Assembly (NCBI GenBank): GCA_021827745.1
Contig: JAKAUI010000045.1
Span: forward strand, 124,589-188,588
Source: Bacillota bacterium
GTDB taxonomy: Bacteria > Bacillota > Sulfobacillia > JAJZYS01 > JAJZLH01
Length of the DNA: 64,000 nt
Reading direction: 5' to 3'
The position numbers were made by a program, and so were the translations under genes. Positions 29,459-41,447 of the stretch are shown piece after piece. The number at the start of each line of letters is the position of its first letter. The stretch's first letter is position 1. The notes below the pieces were generated by a model, which worked only from the letters and a program-made list of their open reading frames with translations, was not told the origin of the DNA and did no database searches.

Positions 29459-31462
29459 CTAGCTCTTGGCGGTCTTGCCTAGCGGCCGCACGGTGAGCGA
29501 GGCCTCGAGCTCGACCACCACATCGCGCAGCTGGGCCGCCCGTTCGAACTCGAGGAGTTTCGCCGCCTCCCGCATCTGGCGGCGCAGCCGTTCCGCCAGC
29601 TTCAGCTTCTCCTTGTTGGAGAGGCTGCCAAGGTCAAGGGGCGTGCCATCGGGGTGGACGGCAACATGGGTGGCCTCCAGCACGGCGCGCACCCCCTTGA
29701 TCACGGTGGTGGGGGTGATCTGGTGGCGCAGATTGTACGCCACCTGCATCTCCCTCCTGCGCCGGGTCTCTTCCATCGCCTGGCTCATGGCCGGCGTCAC
29801 CTTGTCGGCGTACATGATCACCCGGCCAAAGACATTGCGCGACGCCCGGCCGATGGTCTGGATCAAGGAGGTGGCCGATCGCAGGTAGCCTTCCTTGTCG
29901 GCGTCCAAGATGGCGATCAATGACACCTCGGGCAGGTCGAGCCCCTCTCGGAGCAGGTTGATGCCGACGAGCACGTCAAAGCTGCCCAGCCGCAGCTCGC
30001 GGATGATCTGCATCCGCTCCAGGGTGACGATGTCGGAGTGCATGTAGCGGACCTTGACCCCGCACTCCCGAAAGTACTCGGTCAGGTCTTCCGCCATCTT
30101 CTTGGTCAAGGTCGTGACCAAAACCCGCTCCTGGCGGGCCACCCGCTGCTCGATCTCAGCCAAGAGGTCGTCCACCTGGTGTGCGGTCGGCCGCACCTCG
30201 ACCTCGGGATCGACCAGGCCGGTCGGGCGGACGATCTGCTCCACCACCTGCTGGCTGACCGAGAGCTCCCAGGGACCTGGTGTGGCCGAGACCGCGACCA
30301 TCGTGTTGGTCCGCTCCAGGAATTCCCGGAAGTTGAGCGGCCGGTTGTCCAGCGCAGACGGCAGGCGAAAGCCGAACTCGACCAAGGTCTTCTTCCGCTC
30401 CTGGTCGCCGGCGTACATGCCGCGGGCCTGCGGGATGGAGATGTGGGACTCGTCGACGAACAGCAGATAATCCTTCGGGAAGAAGTCAAGCAGGGTGTAC
30501 GGCGGCTCCCCAGGCGCCCGGCCGGTCAGGTGGCGGGCGTAGTTCTCGATGCCAGAACAGTACCCCACCTCGCGCATCATCTCGAGATCGTAGGTGGTGC
30601 GCTGCTCGAGACGCTGCGCCTCAAGCAGCCGGCCGGCTCGGGTCAGCTGATCGAGGCGCGCTCTCAACTCTTCGGAGATGGTCAAGATCGCCTGTTCGCG
30701 CCGCTCGATCGGCGTCACATAGTGCGACGCCGGGTAGATGGCCACATGGTCGCGCTGGCCGTACACCTCGCCGGTCAAGGCATCCAATTCGCTGATTCGC
30801 TCGATGGTATCGCCGAAGTACTCGACCCGGACCAATCGTTCCGAGGAGCCGGCCGGAAAGATCTCCAGCACGTCGCCGCGCACCCGAAAGTGGCCGCGGG
30901 TCAGGTTCTGGTCGTTTCGCTGGTACTGGTTGTCGACCAGCTGGCGCAGCACCTTCTGGCGCGGCCGCTCAGTGCCGCGGCGCAAAGACACGCACAGTTC
31001 GCGGTAGTCCTCCGGCGAACCGAGTCCGAACAGACAGCTGACAGACGCCACGATCAGCACATCGCGCCGCTCGAACAGGGCCGTAGTGGCGGCATGGCGC
31101 ATCTTGTCGATTTCGTCGTTGATCGAGGCGTCCTTGGCGATGTAGGTGTCAGACTGCGGGACGTACGCCTCCGGCTGGTAGTAGTCGTAGTAGGAGACAA
31201 AGTACTCCACGGCGTTCTCTGGGAAGAACTGCTGAAACTCTCCAGCCAGCTGGGCAGCCAGCGTCTTGTTCGGGGCGAGCACCAGAGTCGGCCGCTGCAG
31301 ACGGGCCACCGTGCTGGCCATGGTGTAGGTCTTGCCGGAGCCGGTCACGCCGAGCAGCACCTGGCGGTCGAGCCCGCGCTGCACGCCGTCGACCAGCTGG
31401 GCGATCGCCTGCGGCTGATCTCCCTTCGGCGTGAAGTCACCGGCCAGCGTGAACTCAGGCAT
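29459..31462 (-). CDS. uvrB: Excinuclease ABC subunit B
   Basis: Helicase motifs ([12 protein letters not shown]) and C-terminal UVR domain. Confidence 0.95.
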   Translation of the reverse strand: MPEFTLAGDFTPKGDQPQAIAQLVDGVQRGLDRQVLLGVTGSGKTYTMASTVARLQRPTLVLAPNKTLAAQLAGEFQQFFPENAVEYFVSYYDYYQPEAYVPQSDTYIAKDASINDEIDKMRHAATTALFERRDVLIVASVSCLFGLGSPEDYRELCVSLRRGTERPRQKVLRQLVDNQYQRNDQNLTRGHFRVRGDVLEIFPAGSSERLVRVEYFGDTIERISELDALTGEVYGQRDHVAIYPASHYVTPIERREQAILTISEELRARLDQLTRAGRLLEAQRLEQRTTYDLEMMREVGYCSGIENYARHLTGRAPGEPPYTLLDFFPKDYLLFVDESHISIPQARGMYAGDQERKKTLVEFGFRLPSALDNRPLNFREFLERTNTMVAVSATPGPWELSVSQQVVEQIVRPTGLVDPEVEVRPTAHQVDDLLAEIEQRVARQERVLVTTLTKKMAEDLTEYFRECGVKVRYMHSDIVTLERMQIIRELRLGSFDVLVGINLLREGLDLPEVSLIAILDADKEGYLRSATSLIQTIGRASRNVFGRVIMYADKVTPAMSQAMEETRRRREMQVAYNLRHQITPTTVIKGVRAVLEATHVAVHPDGTPLDLGSLSNKEKLKLAERLRRQMREAAKLLEFERAAQLRDVVVELEASLTVRPLGKTAKS

Positions 31463-31527
31463 CTGATCCTCCTTCGGTCAGGGGGCGCCAATAGAGCGGG
31501 CGGGGCCACTTGGGTGCCCCGCCCGCC

Positions 31528-31549
31528 GAACTTCAGGGGGAACTTCAGG
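31528..31549. repeat. Tandem 10-bp direct repeat GAACTTCAGG-GG-GAACTTCAGG
   Basis: Exact copies at 31528-31537 and 31540-31549. They overlap the bactofilin stop codon and sit in the 82-bp region upstream of uvrB. Confidence 0.3.
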
Positions 31550-31970
31550 CTATGTCGGTGGGCGCACCCGGCTCCGGTGCCGGTTCGTCGTCCGGCGCCA
31601 CGGCCACTTCGCACGAGCCGATCAGGCTGGCTCCGTCCTCCACGGTCAGGCGCCGGGCCTTCAGGTTCCCGACCACTCGAGCGGTGGGCTTGAGGTCCAG
31701 CCGGCGGGCGGCGGTGATGTCACCCTCGACCAGCCCCATCACGATCACTTCCTGGCCCTCGACGGTGGCGTTGACCACGGCCGTCTCGGCGATGATCAGC
31801 TGGCCCTCGTGCCGGATCTTGCCCTTGAAGTGTCCTTCCAGGCGAATCAGGCCACGCCCCGATCCCACCAGCGTGCCGTCAAAGGACACGTTGCGGGACA
31901 GTAGGGCGGTGCCCTCCTGGCCGTTCGGCATCGCTGGATCGCCGCGCCCCTTCCCCATCTGAACGACCAT
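31545..31970 (-). CDS. Bactofilin (DUF583) cytoskeletal protein
   Basis: Repetitive beta-helix pattern (VGSGRGLIRLEGHFKGKIRHEGQLIIAETAVVNATVEG...). Unstructured termini, ~140 aa. Confidence 0.75.
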   Translation of the reverse strand: MVVQMGKGRGDPAMPNGQEGTALLSRNVSFDGTLVGSGRGLIRLEGHFKGKIRHEGQLIIAETAVVNATVEGQEVIVMGLVEGDITAARRLDLKPTARVVGNLKARRLTVEDGASLIGSCEVAVAPDDEPAPEPGAPTDIA

Positions 31971-32067
31971 GTCGCGCAGGTCCCCTTCCCGGATCCGCTC
32001 ACCGTTGGAGCGTGCGAACTAGATTCTGCGACCCCCGTCAGATTCCTACTGCTGTAACGAGCGGATG

Positions 32068-32931
32068 TTACAGACTTCCGGCCACCGGCAGCTTCTTGAT
32101 CACCGCCAGCGGGTCTTGAGGCTGGCCCCACACCCAGACCGTGAATCCGACCGGCCCTCCCCCGGCCTTGGCCAGGGTCTCACCCTGGGTCACGCTCTGG
32201 CCGATCGTCACCCTGGCCGCGCTCACGTCAGCGTAGGCGACCTGAAGCCCGCCCGCACTCGATACCAGGACCGTCTTCGCTCCCTGGGCAGACGTGCTGA
32301 TCGATGCCACGGTGCCAGAGGCCACGGCGACGACCGGCGCACCGGCTGCGGCCTGGATCTCAAGGCCGGGGCTGAACTGGCTGCCGCTGGCCGTAGGGTG
32401 CCAGCCATAGCCCACCGTCACCGTGCCGGCCACCGGCAGCTGCCGGGGCCAGGACACAGAGACGGCGGCAGCACTCTGGCTGCCGAGCTGGCCGGTCAGT
32501 TGCTGCAGGGCGTTGATCAGGGTCTGGAAGCCAGCGATGGCCGGCGTGCCGTAGCCGTCGACGGCTGAAACCCGGCTCTCGGCGCTGCTGACCGCCTGCT
32601 CCAGGGCGCCGAGGCTGGTCGAGATCTGGGCGACCGTCTTCTCGTCTGCCACATAGCCGGCCTTTTCCTGCTGCTCGCTGCTGACCAGGGCCTGCAGGGC
32701 CGTGATGTGCTGAGCCGCCAGCCTATTGGCCTGGTTCGTGCCCAAATAGGCGGCAAAGAACAAGATCGCCACGGACACGCCGACCGCCGAGACGAGCGCG
32801 GCGGCCAGCACCAGTGTACGCAGGCCGATACCGAAGGTGATCTCCTGGGCGGTTCCGTCTCGCTCGGAGAGAACGACCAGGCGGTAACTCGGGGTGTCCA
32901 AATCATCCCTCCAAAAGCGCTCCGCGCCCAT
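32068..32931 (-). CDS. Membrane-anchored M23/LytM-domain protein with degenerate active site (dLytM, putative regulator)
   Basis: N-terminal TM helix, coiled-coil region, and C-terminal LytM fold. The HxxxD position reads SPGLE and the HxH position reads VGFTVW, so the Zn ligands are missing. Confidence 0.7.
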   Translation of the reverse strand: MGAERFWRDDLDTPSYRLVVLSERDGTAQEITFGIGLRTLVLAAALVSAVGVSVAILFFAAYLGTNQANRLAAQHITALQALVSSEQQEKAGYVADEKTVAQISTSLGALEQAVSSAESRVSAVDGYGTPAIAGFQTLINALQQLTGQLGSQSAAAVSVSWPRQLPVAGTVTVGYGWHPTASGSQFSPGLEIQAAAGAPVVAVASGTVASISTSAQGAKTVLVSSAGGLQVAYADVSAARVTIGQSVTQGETLAKAGGGPVGFTVWVWGQPQDPLAVIKKLPVAGSL

Positions 32932-33015
32932 GGCAGATCCGCGATGCTGGCAAACCTTCTGCCCGAGAGATTAGCCACAACCGGACGCTAGGTCAATCCC
33001 AGGCGCCGGCGCTCG

Positions 33016-34188
33016 CTAGCGCTTAGGCAGGTAGAGCACCGGATTGACGGGTTTTCCGTCGATCCGGATTTCGAAGTGGACATGCGGGCCGGTCGCCCAG
33101 CCGGTCATGCCGACCAGCCCGATCACCTGGCCCTGGGCGACCGTCTCTCCGACCTGCACCTCGATGCGGCTTTGATGGGCGTAGAGCGTGGAGATGCCGC
33201 CGCCGTTGTCGAGCACGACCGTGTTGCCGTAGCCGTTGATCCAGCCGGCGATGATCACCCGGCCGGCCGCCGCCGCATGGATCGGCGTGTACATCGGAAC
33301 GCCGATGTCGATGCCGGTGTGCAGCTCCCACTTGTGGGCAAACGGGTCGTACCAGTAGGCGAAGGGGTTGGTGATCGGCCCGTTGACCGGCCAGATGAAG
33401 GTCATGGACGCGATCGACGAACCGGTGCCGGGCGACTCCAGCGCCGTGATGGCGGCCGTCACTGCCTGCTGGTTGGCCTCGTCGGCACCGACCACCCGCT
33501 GCTGCTGGCCCTGGGCCTTGATCAGGGCGGTGACCTGACTCTGGACCAGAAGCTCCTCCTGGCTCAGCTGGGTCTGCTGGGCGGTGGCCTGGGAGAGCAG
33601 GGCGGTCAGCTGCGCCTTCTCGGCCACCAGTTGGCCCGACAGCTTGAGCAGCGTCTGGGCCTCCGCCTGGGCTTGGCGGATGACGTTCAGGTCACCCCCC
33701 ACCAGCTGCTGCACCAGCTGCAGCCGGGTCAGGAAGTCGGAGAAACTCTGCGCCTGCATCAGGACCGCAAGAAAGCCGCCCATGCCCTGGATCTGCAGGC
33801 TCTGCAGGGCAGCGGTCACCTGGGTGCGGTCGAGGCTCAGCTTGGCGTTCGTGGCCTGATAGTCGGAGAGGGTCAGGGCCTGCTGGGCCTGGACCGCACT
33901 GACCTCGGCCGCCAGATAGGCGATGTGCGACCGCGAGGTCTGCATCTCGGCCTCAAGCACGACCAGGCGCTGGTCGGACTGCAGGAAGGCGCCGTGGATC
34001 TGGCTGAGCTTGTCCTTGGCCTGGTTCAGGGCCTGTTGGTCCTGGGCCAGCTGCTGCTGGAGCTGGGACAGGCTCTGGCCGCCGCCAGAGGCGCCCGCCG
34101 CAGCGGGGAGGACGAGTGCGAGCACAAGGACGACTCCGCTGGCCGCGAGGCTGAGGCGGCCGCGGGCACGAGGCCGGGTCCGGTGCAT
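33016..34188 (-). CDS. Secreted coiled-coil M23 family metallopeptidase (EnvC/PcsB-like architecture, catalytic motifs intact)
   Basis: Signal peptide, ~230-aa Q/L-rich coiled coil, then a LytM domain with HTGIDIG (HxxxD) and GPHVHFEI (HxH). Its start overlaps the ftsX stop by 1 nt. Confidence 0.8.
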   Translation of the reverse strand: MHRTRPRARGRLSLAASGVVLVLALVLPAAAGASGGGQSLSQLQQQLAQDQQALNQAKDKLSQIHGAFLQSDQRLVVLEAEMQTSRSHIAYLAAEVSAVQAQQALTLSDYQATNAKLSLDRTQVTAALQSLQIQGMGGFLAVLMQAQSFSDFLTRLQLVQQLVGGDLNVIRQAQAEAQTLLKLSGQLVAEKAQLTALLSQATAQQTQLSQEELLVQSQVTALIKAQGQQQRVVGADEANQQAVTAAITALESPGTGSSIASMTFIWPVNGPITNPFAYWYDPFAHKWELHTGIDIGVPMYTPIHAAAAGRVIIAGWINGYGNTVVLDNGGGISTLYAHQSRIEVQVGETVAQGQVIGLVGMTGWATGPHVHFEIRIDGKPVNPVLYLPKR

Positions 34189-35072
34189 CAGATCCGGCCT
34201 CGCCGAATGGACAGCTGACTGGCCACCAGGCCGATGACGAGACCCACGCCCAGCATCAGGGGCAAGATGGTCTGGTCGGCGCTGGCCTCAGCCACCACCG
34301 GCAGAAACGGCAGGTCGGCGTGCATGGTCGCCGCATACACATGGTAGAGGCCTGCCGTGACCAAAGACGCCACCACGGCGCCGCCAAGGCCGAGCAGCAT
34401 GCCTTCGAGCAGGAAGGGCAGACGGATGAATCCCTCGGTGGCGCCCACGAGCCGCATGATGTGGATCTCGCGACGGCGGGCGAAGATGCCGGTTCGGATG
34501 GCGTTTTGGATCACGAGCAGGGTGCCGAGCGCCAAGAGGATGCCCATGGCCAGGCCGACGAGGCGGACAATGTCGACCGCCTTGAACAGGCGCTGGACGA
34601 CAGGCGCCTGATAGTTGACCGACTGGACCTGAGACAGCGTCCGCAGCCGCGCCGCCAGCGGCGCCACCGACTTGGTGGTGGTGGCCTTGACGTAGATGGC
34701 GTCAAGCAGCGGATTCTGGGTGCCCAGCGGCTTGAAGCTCTGACCAGACGGGCCGAAGTCTTTCTCCAGCTGGGCGAGGGCCTGTTGCTTGGAGACGAAG
34801 GTGGCGCTCTGGACGCCCGCCCAGGCCCGGACCGAAGCAGCCAGCTGGGTGCCCTGGGCCGTGGTCACGGCGGGCTTCAAGAAGGCCTCGATCCCAACCT
34901 GTCCCTCCATCGAGCTGGCAATCCGGCCCACGTTCAGGGAGAGGGCTGCGAAGACGGCGAGCACGAGGAGCGCCACCGCGGCAGAGGTCACCGAGGCGAA
35001 GGTGAGCACCGGGTTGTGGCGCATGTTCTGCCAGACTTCGGCCCAGTAGAAGCGCCAGCTGTGGATGTTCAC
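34188..35072 (-). CDS. ftsX: Cell division permease-like protein FtsX
   Basis: Four TM segments with a large extracellular loop. ATGA overlap with ftsE. Confidence 0.85.
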   Translation of the reverse strand: MNIHSWRFYWAEVWQNMRHNPVLTFASVTSAAVALLVLAVFAALSLNVGRIASSMEGQVGIEAFLKPAVTTAQGTQLAASVRAWAGVQSATFVSKQQALAQLEKDFGPSGQSFKPLGTQNPLLDAIYVKATTTKSVAPLAARLRTLSQVQSVNYQAPVVQRLFKAVDIVRLVGLAMGILLALGTLLVIQNAIRTGIFARRREIHIMRLVGATEGFIRLPFLLEGMLLGLGGAVVASLVTAGLYHVYAATMHADLPFLPVVAEASADQTILPLMLGVGLVIGLVASQLSIRRGRI

Positions 35073-35791
35073 TGGCCCACCATCCCGCCCTGCCAGTCTG
35101 CGGGCTGACTGGGCTCAAAGTAGGCGCCGGACAGCTCGTCGCGCACGATCCTTCCCTGGTCGATGGCGATCACGCGCTGGCGGAAGTTGTCGACCAGCGC
35201 CACGGCGTGGGTGGCCATCAGGACGGTCGTCCCCATCCGGTTGATGTCCAGAAAACAGCGCAGGATGTCTTCTGCCGTCTTGGGATCGAGGTTGCCGGTC
35301 GGCTCGTCGCCGAGCAGCACCATCGGCCGGCCGACGATCGCTCGGGCGATGCCGATCCGCTGCTGCTCCCCCGCCGACAGCTGGCTCGGGTACTTGGCCG
35401 CCTGGCTGGCCAGGCCCACGATCTCCAGCGCCTCCGTCACCCGTCGCTTCAGGTCCCGATGCACCTCCTCGGTGACCCGGAGGTTGAAGGCGATGTTGTC
35501 AAACACCGTCCGCTGCGAGAGCAGGAGAAAGTCCTGAAAGACGATCCCGATCTCCCGGCGCAGAAACGGCACCCGCTTCATGGGCAGGCGGCCGACGTCC
35601 CAGCCGTTGACCACGACCGAGCCAGTGGTCGGGGTGTCGCCCCGGTAGATCATGCGCATCAGGGTCGTCTTTCCGGCGCCGCTCGGGCCGACCAGAAAGA
35701 CAAACTCCCCCTTGCCGACCTCTAGGTCGACGTGATCGAGGGCAAGCGTGCTGGTCCCGTATTTCTTGGTGACAGAACGAAAGCTGATCAA
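35069..35791 (-). CDS. ftsE: Cell division ATP-binding protein FtsE
   Basis: Walker A GPSGAGKTT, signature LSAGEQQRI, Walker B LLGDEPTGNLD. Confidence 0.9.
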   Translation of the reverse strand: MISFRSVTKKYGTSTLALDHVDLEVGKGEFVFLVGPSGAGKTTLMRMIYRGDTPTTGSVVVNGWDVGRLPMKRVPFLRREIGIVFQDFLLLSQRTVFDNIAFNLRVTEEVHRDLKRRVTEALEIVGLASQAAKYPSQLSAGEQQRIGIARAIVGRPMVLLGDEPTGNLDPKTAEDILRCFLDINRMGTTVLMATHAVALVDNFRQRVIAIDQGRIVRDELSGAYFEPSQPADWQGGMVGQ

Positions 35792-35821
35792 TGGCCTACC
35801 TCCCAGCCCGAGACGGGCCGA

Positions 35822-36577
35822 CTATTCTCGGTTTTCCCTGCCCTCTCCTGCCGAACCCGAGTCATTATGTCCCCTTCTGAACGCCATCGTCCAGACGAAT
35901 CCGATCAGGGCCACCAGGCGGAGCAGCCGGCTCGGCTCGTGGGCCGTCCGCCACACCCACTCGATGCCGAGCTCACGGATCAGGCGCGGCGCCCGGCGCT
36001 TGTCGCCGGCCCAGACATCGAAGGATCCGCCGACCACCATGGCCACCGGAACCTTGAGTCGGCTGCGCATCAGGCCCAAGAAGGCCTCCTGGCGCGGCGA
36101 GCCGAGTGCGACCAAGAGCACATCGGGCCTGTGCCGATTCACCTCGGCCGCCACCTGGTCCGACTCGGCGGTGGAGAAGTAGCCGTGCCTGGTGCCGACC
36201 ACCTTCGCCCCCCACTCCTCCATCCGGGCGCCGGCTCGTCTGGCCACGCCGGGCTTCGCTCCGAGCAGGAAGAGTCGGGGCTTCAGCTGGCGGATGATGG
36301 CCTCCGCCAGCTCGATGCCGGGCAGGCGATGGACCTCCTTCTCTCCCTGCAGGTGGGCAGCCAGCACGATCCCGATCCCGTCCGGGACCAATAGATCTCC
36401 GGCGAGCAGGGCAGCGCGCACGGCTTCGTCTCGGCGGGCGTTCCACAAGATCTCCGGGTTCGGCGTGTAGATCGAGTGCTGCGCTCCTGGGCTGGCCAGC
36501 CAGGAGCGCACCAGGGCCAGCGCCTCGTCTGCCGTGACCGACTGCAGCGGGATCCCCATCAGGGTGAAGGTCTTCAC
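35822..36577 (-). CDS. WecB/TagA/CpsF family glycosyltransferase (N-acetylmannosaminyltransferase-like)
   Basis: Family-typical ~245 aa with a conserved central region (VALGSPRQEAF..., VGGSFDVWAG). GTG start 36577 overlaps the csaB stop (GTGA). Alternative ATG at 36559. Confidence 0.75.
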   Translation of the reverse strand: MKTFTLMGIPLQSVTADEALALVRSWLASPGAQHSIYTPNPEILWNARRDEAVRAALLAGDLLVPDGIGIVLAAHLQGEKEVHRLPGIELAEAIIRQLKPRLFLLGAKPGVARRAGARMEEWGAKVVGTRHGYFSTAESDQVAAEVNRHRPDVLLVALGSPRQEAFLGLMRSRLKVPVAMVVGGSFDVWAGDKRRAPRLIRELGIEWVWRTAHEPSRLLRLVALIGFVWTMAFRRGHNDSGSAGEGRENRE

Positions 36578-37587
36578 GCCAGGGCCTGCCACATGGCCGA
36601 AAAGGCAGCCTGCAACTGGCTGCGCCGCTCTGCCACCGTGGCTGCGAGCTCTGGCTGCCCAGGCCTGGGGAGTGCCTCGAGCTGTCGGTCCCACTCACTC
36701 CACAGCGGCATTCCGAGCAGGCGCGCCTCCCGCTCCACCTTGGGATCGTAAGGCACGGACACAGACGGCACCCCCGCCAGGCTGGCCAAGATCATGGCAT
36801 GCAGACGAATCGCCACCATGCACTCGAGTTCCGAAAACAGCGTCAGGATTCCTTCGGATTGCTCCGGCAGCTCGCAAAACTCCGCCAGCGGCGCGTGGGC
36901 CAGGGCCAGACTCTGGGCCAGATCCCTGTCCTCCCGACCGTCTAGGGCGAAGACGCGGATCCGACGACCGGATCTCCCGGCCAGGGCAGCCAGTTCGCTG
37001 GCCAGGGCCGGGACGTCGACACCGTTGGCGTTTTTGGGCGCAAAGCCGATCCAGCCGGTCGGGTGCGGCGGAACAGACGCTAGCTGGTAGGCAGCGTCCG
37101 CGCCCAGCAGCAGGCGGTCTTTCGGCACCTTGGCGTCTGCCAGCATCGCCAAGGACTCTGGGTCTCGGGCCACCGCCACCTGGGGGGCGGGAGCCCTCCT
37201 CAGCACCCACCTGCCCGTCTTGGAGAGCGGGCCCACTCCCATCGCCCAGTACGCCACAGGGGTCCTGCGGCCAGCCGCCGCCGCCGAACTCAGGTAGTAG
37301 CCGAGCGAGCCGAGCGAGGTGGCATCTTGGAGCAACCCGCCCCCGCCGAGCAGGAAGCGGTCTTCTCTGCCCAAGGTTCGGAGCAGTTCGCCCAGCCGAC
37401 CGCGCGGCCAGGCCTCGACCTGGTGCCGCTGTTCGGTGTCCTTCGGATCGAGCGACACCACAAGCGGGGTGAAGGTTCCGCCCAGGGTGCGAATCAGGTC
37501 CAACGAGCCGGCCAGGATCGCCTCATCGCCCAGATTTTTGGCGCCGGCATAGCCAAGCAGCACAACGCGGCGCCCCCCGCCTGCCAT
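36574..37587 (-). CDS. csaB: Polysaccharide pyruvyl transferase CsaB family
   Basis: N-terminal GYAGAKNLGDEAIL and pyruvyl-transferase family length and pattern. Confidence 0.7.
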   Translation of the reverse strand: MAGGGRRVVLLGYAGAKNLGDEAILAGSLDLIRTLGGTFTPLVVSLDPKDTEQRHQVEAWPRGRLGELLRTLGREDRFLLGGGGLLQDATSLGSLGYYLSSAAAAGRRTPVAYWAMGVGPLSKTGRWVLRRAPAPQVAVARDPESLAMLADAKVPKDRLLLGADAAYQLASVPPHPTGWIGFAPKNANGVDVPALASELAALAGRSGRRIRVFALDGREDRDLAQSLALAHAPLAEFCELPEQSEGILTLFSELECMVAIRLHAMILASLAGVPSVSVPYDPKVEREARLLGMPLWSEWDRQLEALPRPGQPELAATVAERRSQLQAAFSAMWQALA

Positions 37588-37620
37588 CAGCCGTCCCCTT
37601 GCCCAGCGCCGCGCAACGGC

Positions 37621-38746
37621 CTAGGGCTGGGGTGCCGAGTCGAACTCAGAGACAGAGAGCCGCTTGGCCTCAAACTCCAGATAGGCCCGGATGAAGGGCG
37701 AGAGCTCGCCGTCCATCACCGCTTGGACGTCGCCGGTCTCGTGGTTGGTGCGGTGGTCTTTGACCATGGTGAAGGGCTGAAACACATAGGAGCGGATCTG
37801 GCTCCCCCAGCTGATGTCCTGCTGGATGCCCCGAAGCTGGGCCATCTCCTTTTGCTGGTCGAGCTCCCTCTTCTCCAAGAGCTTGGCCTTTAGGATGCGC
37901 ATGGCCGTCTCGCGGTTGGCATGCTGGGAGCGTTCGTTCTGGCAGCTGACCACGATGCCGGTGGCAAGATGCGTGATGCGCACGGCCGACTCGGTCTTGT
38001 TCACGTGCTGGCCGCCGGCGCCGCTCGAACGGTAGGTGTCGATGCGCAGCTCCTCCGGGGCGATCGGCACTTCGTCCTCGCTCTCGATCACCGGCAGCAC
38101 ATCGAGCGAGGCAAAGGAGGTGTGGCGGCGGCCGCTGGCGTCAAAGGGGGACATCCGGACCAGGCGGTGCACGCCGCGCTCAGCCTTCAAGAATCCATAG
38201 CCCATGTGGCCGGAGATCTGGAAGGTGACCCCCTTGACCCCGGCCTCCTCGCCGGGCAGGAAGTCCAAGACCTCCACCTGGTAGCCCTGGCGTTCGCAAA
38301 AGCGGGTGTACATGCGGTAGAGCATCTGCGCCCAGTCCATGGCGTCCACGCCGCCGGCGCCTGGGTGGATGGACAAGATGGCGTCATGGGCGTCGTACGG
38401 CCCGGACAGGAGCACCGAGAGGTCGAGGCGCTCGATCCGCTGCTCGAGCTCGCCGATCAGTTGGCTCGCTTCCTTCTCCACGTCCTGGTCGGCGGTCTCC
38501 TGCGCCAGCTCCAGGAGCACGCCGACGTCCTCGGCCGACTGGTCCAAGGCGTCTAGCTCTTCGATCGGAGTCTTCAGGCGGCGTAGCGCATGCACGGCCT
38601 CCTGGGCGGCCTTCCCGTCCGTCCAGAGGGCGGGGTCCTGAAGCTTCTTCTCCCAAGCGTCGATCGCCGCCTTGCGCGAAGCAGGGTCAAAGAGACCTCC
38701 GCAGTCGATCTAATCGAGCCAGAAGCTGACGCAGACGCTCTTCCAT
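37621..38746 (-). CDS. prfB: Peptide chain release factor 2, expressed via programmed +1 ribosomal frameshift
   Basis: Frame 0 reads ATG at 38746 then 20 codons MEERLRQLLARLDRLRRSL ending CUU UGA C. The +1 frame continues as DPASRKAAIDAWEKK...; it contains the RF2 SPF motif (RMSPFD) and GGQ. Confidence 0.9.
38684..38698 (-). other. prfB programmed +1 frameshift site (internal SD-like GGAGG, 3-nt spacer, CUU UGA C)
   Basis: mRNA reads CGG AGG UCU CUU UGA CCC. This is the same architecture as the E. coli prfB autoregulatory site. Confidence 0.85.
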
Positions 38747-38774
38747 CTAGAACCTTCCTCTCGCCGAAGCGTCT

Positions 38775-41354
<2,580 letters not shown>

Positions 41355-41447
41355 GAAGCACCTCGCCGATCCTCACCTTAGCCCAGGCGTATGCCTTGGG
41401 CTCCTTGCCAGTCTAGCATCCGCCGCCTCCCCGGACCACCGCCCGGC

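Noticed and set aside
31463-31544. LexA/Cheo SOS box upstream of uvrB
   Set aside because: No GAAC-N4-GTTC motif on either strand. Only the GAACTTCAGG direct repeat is present.
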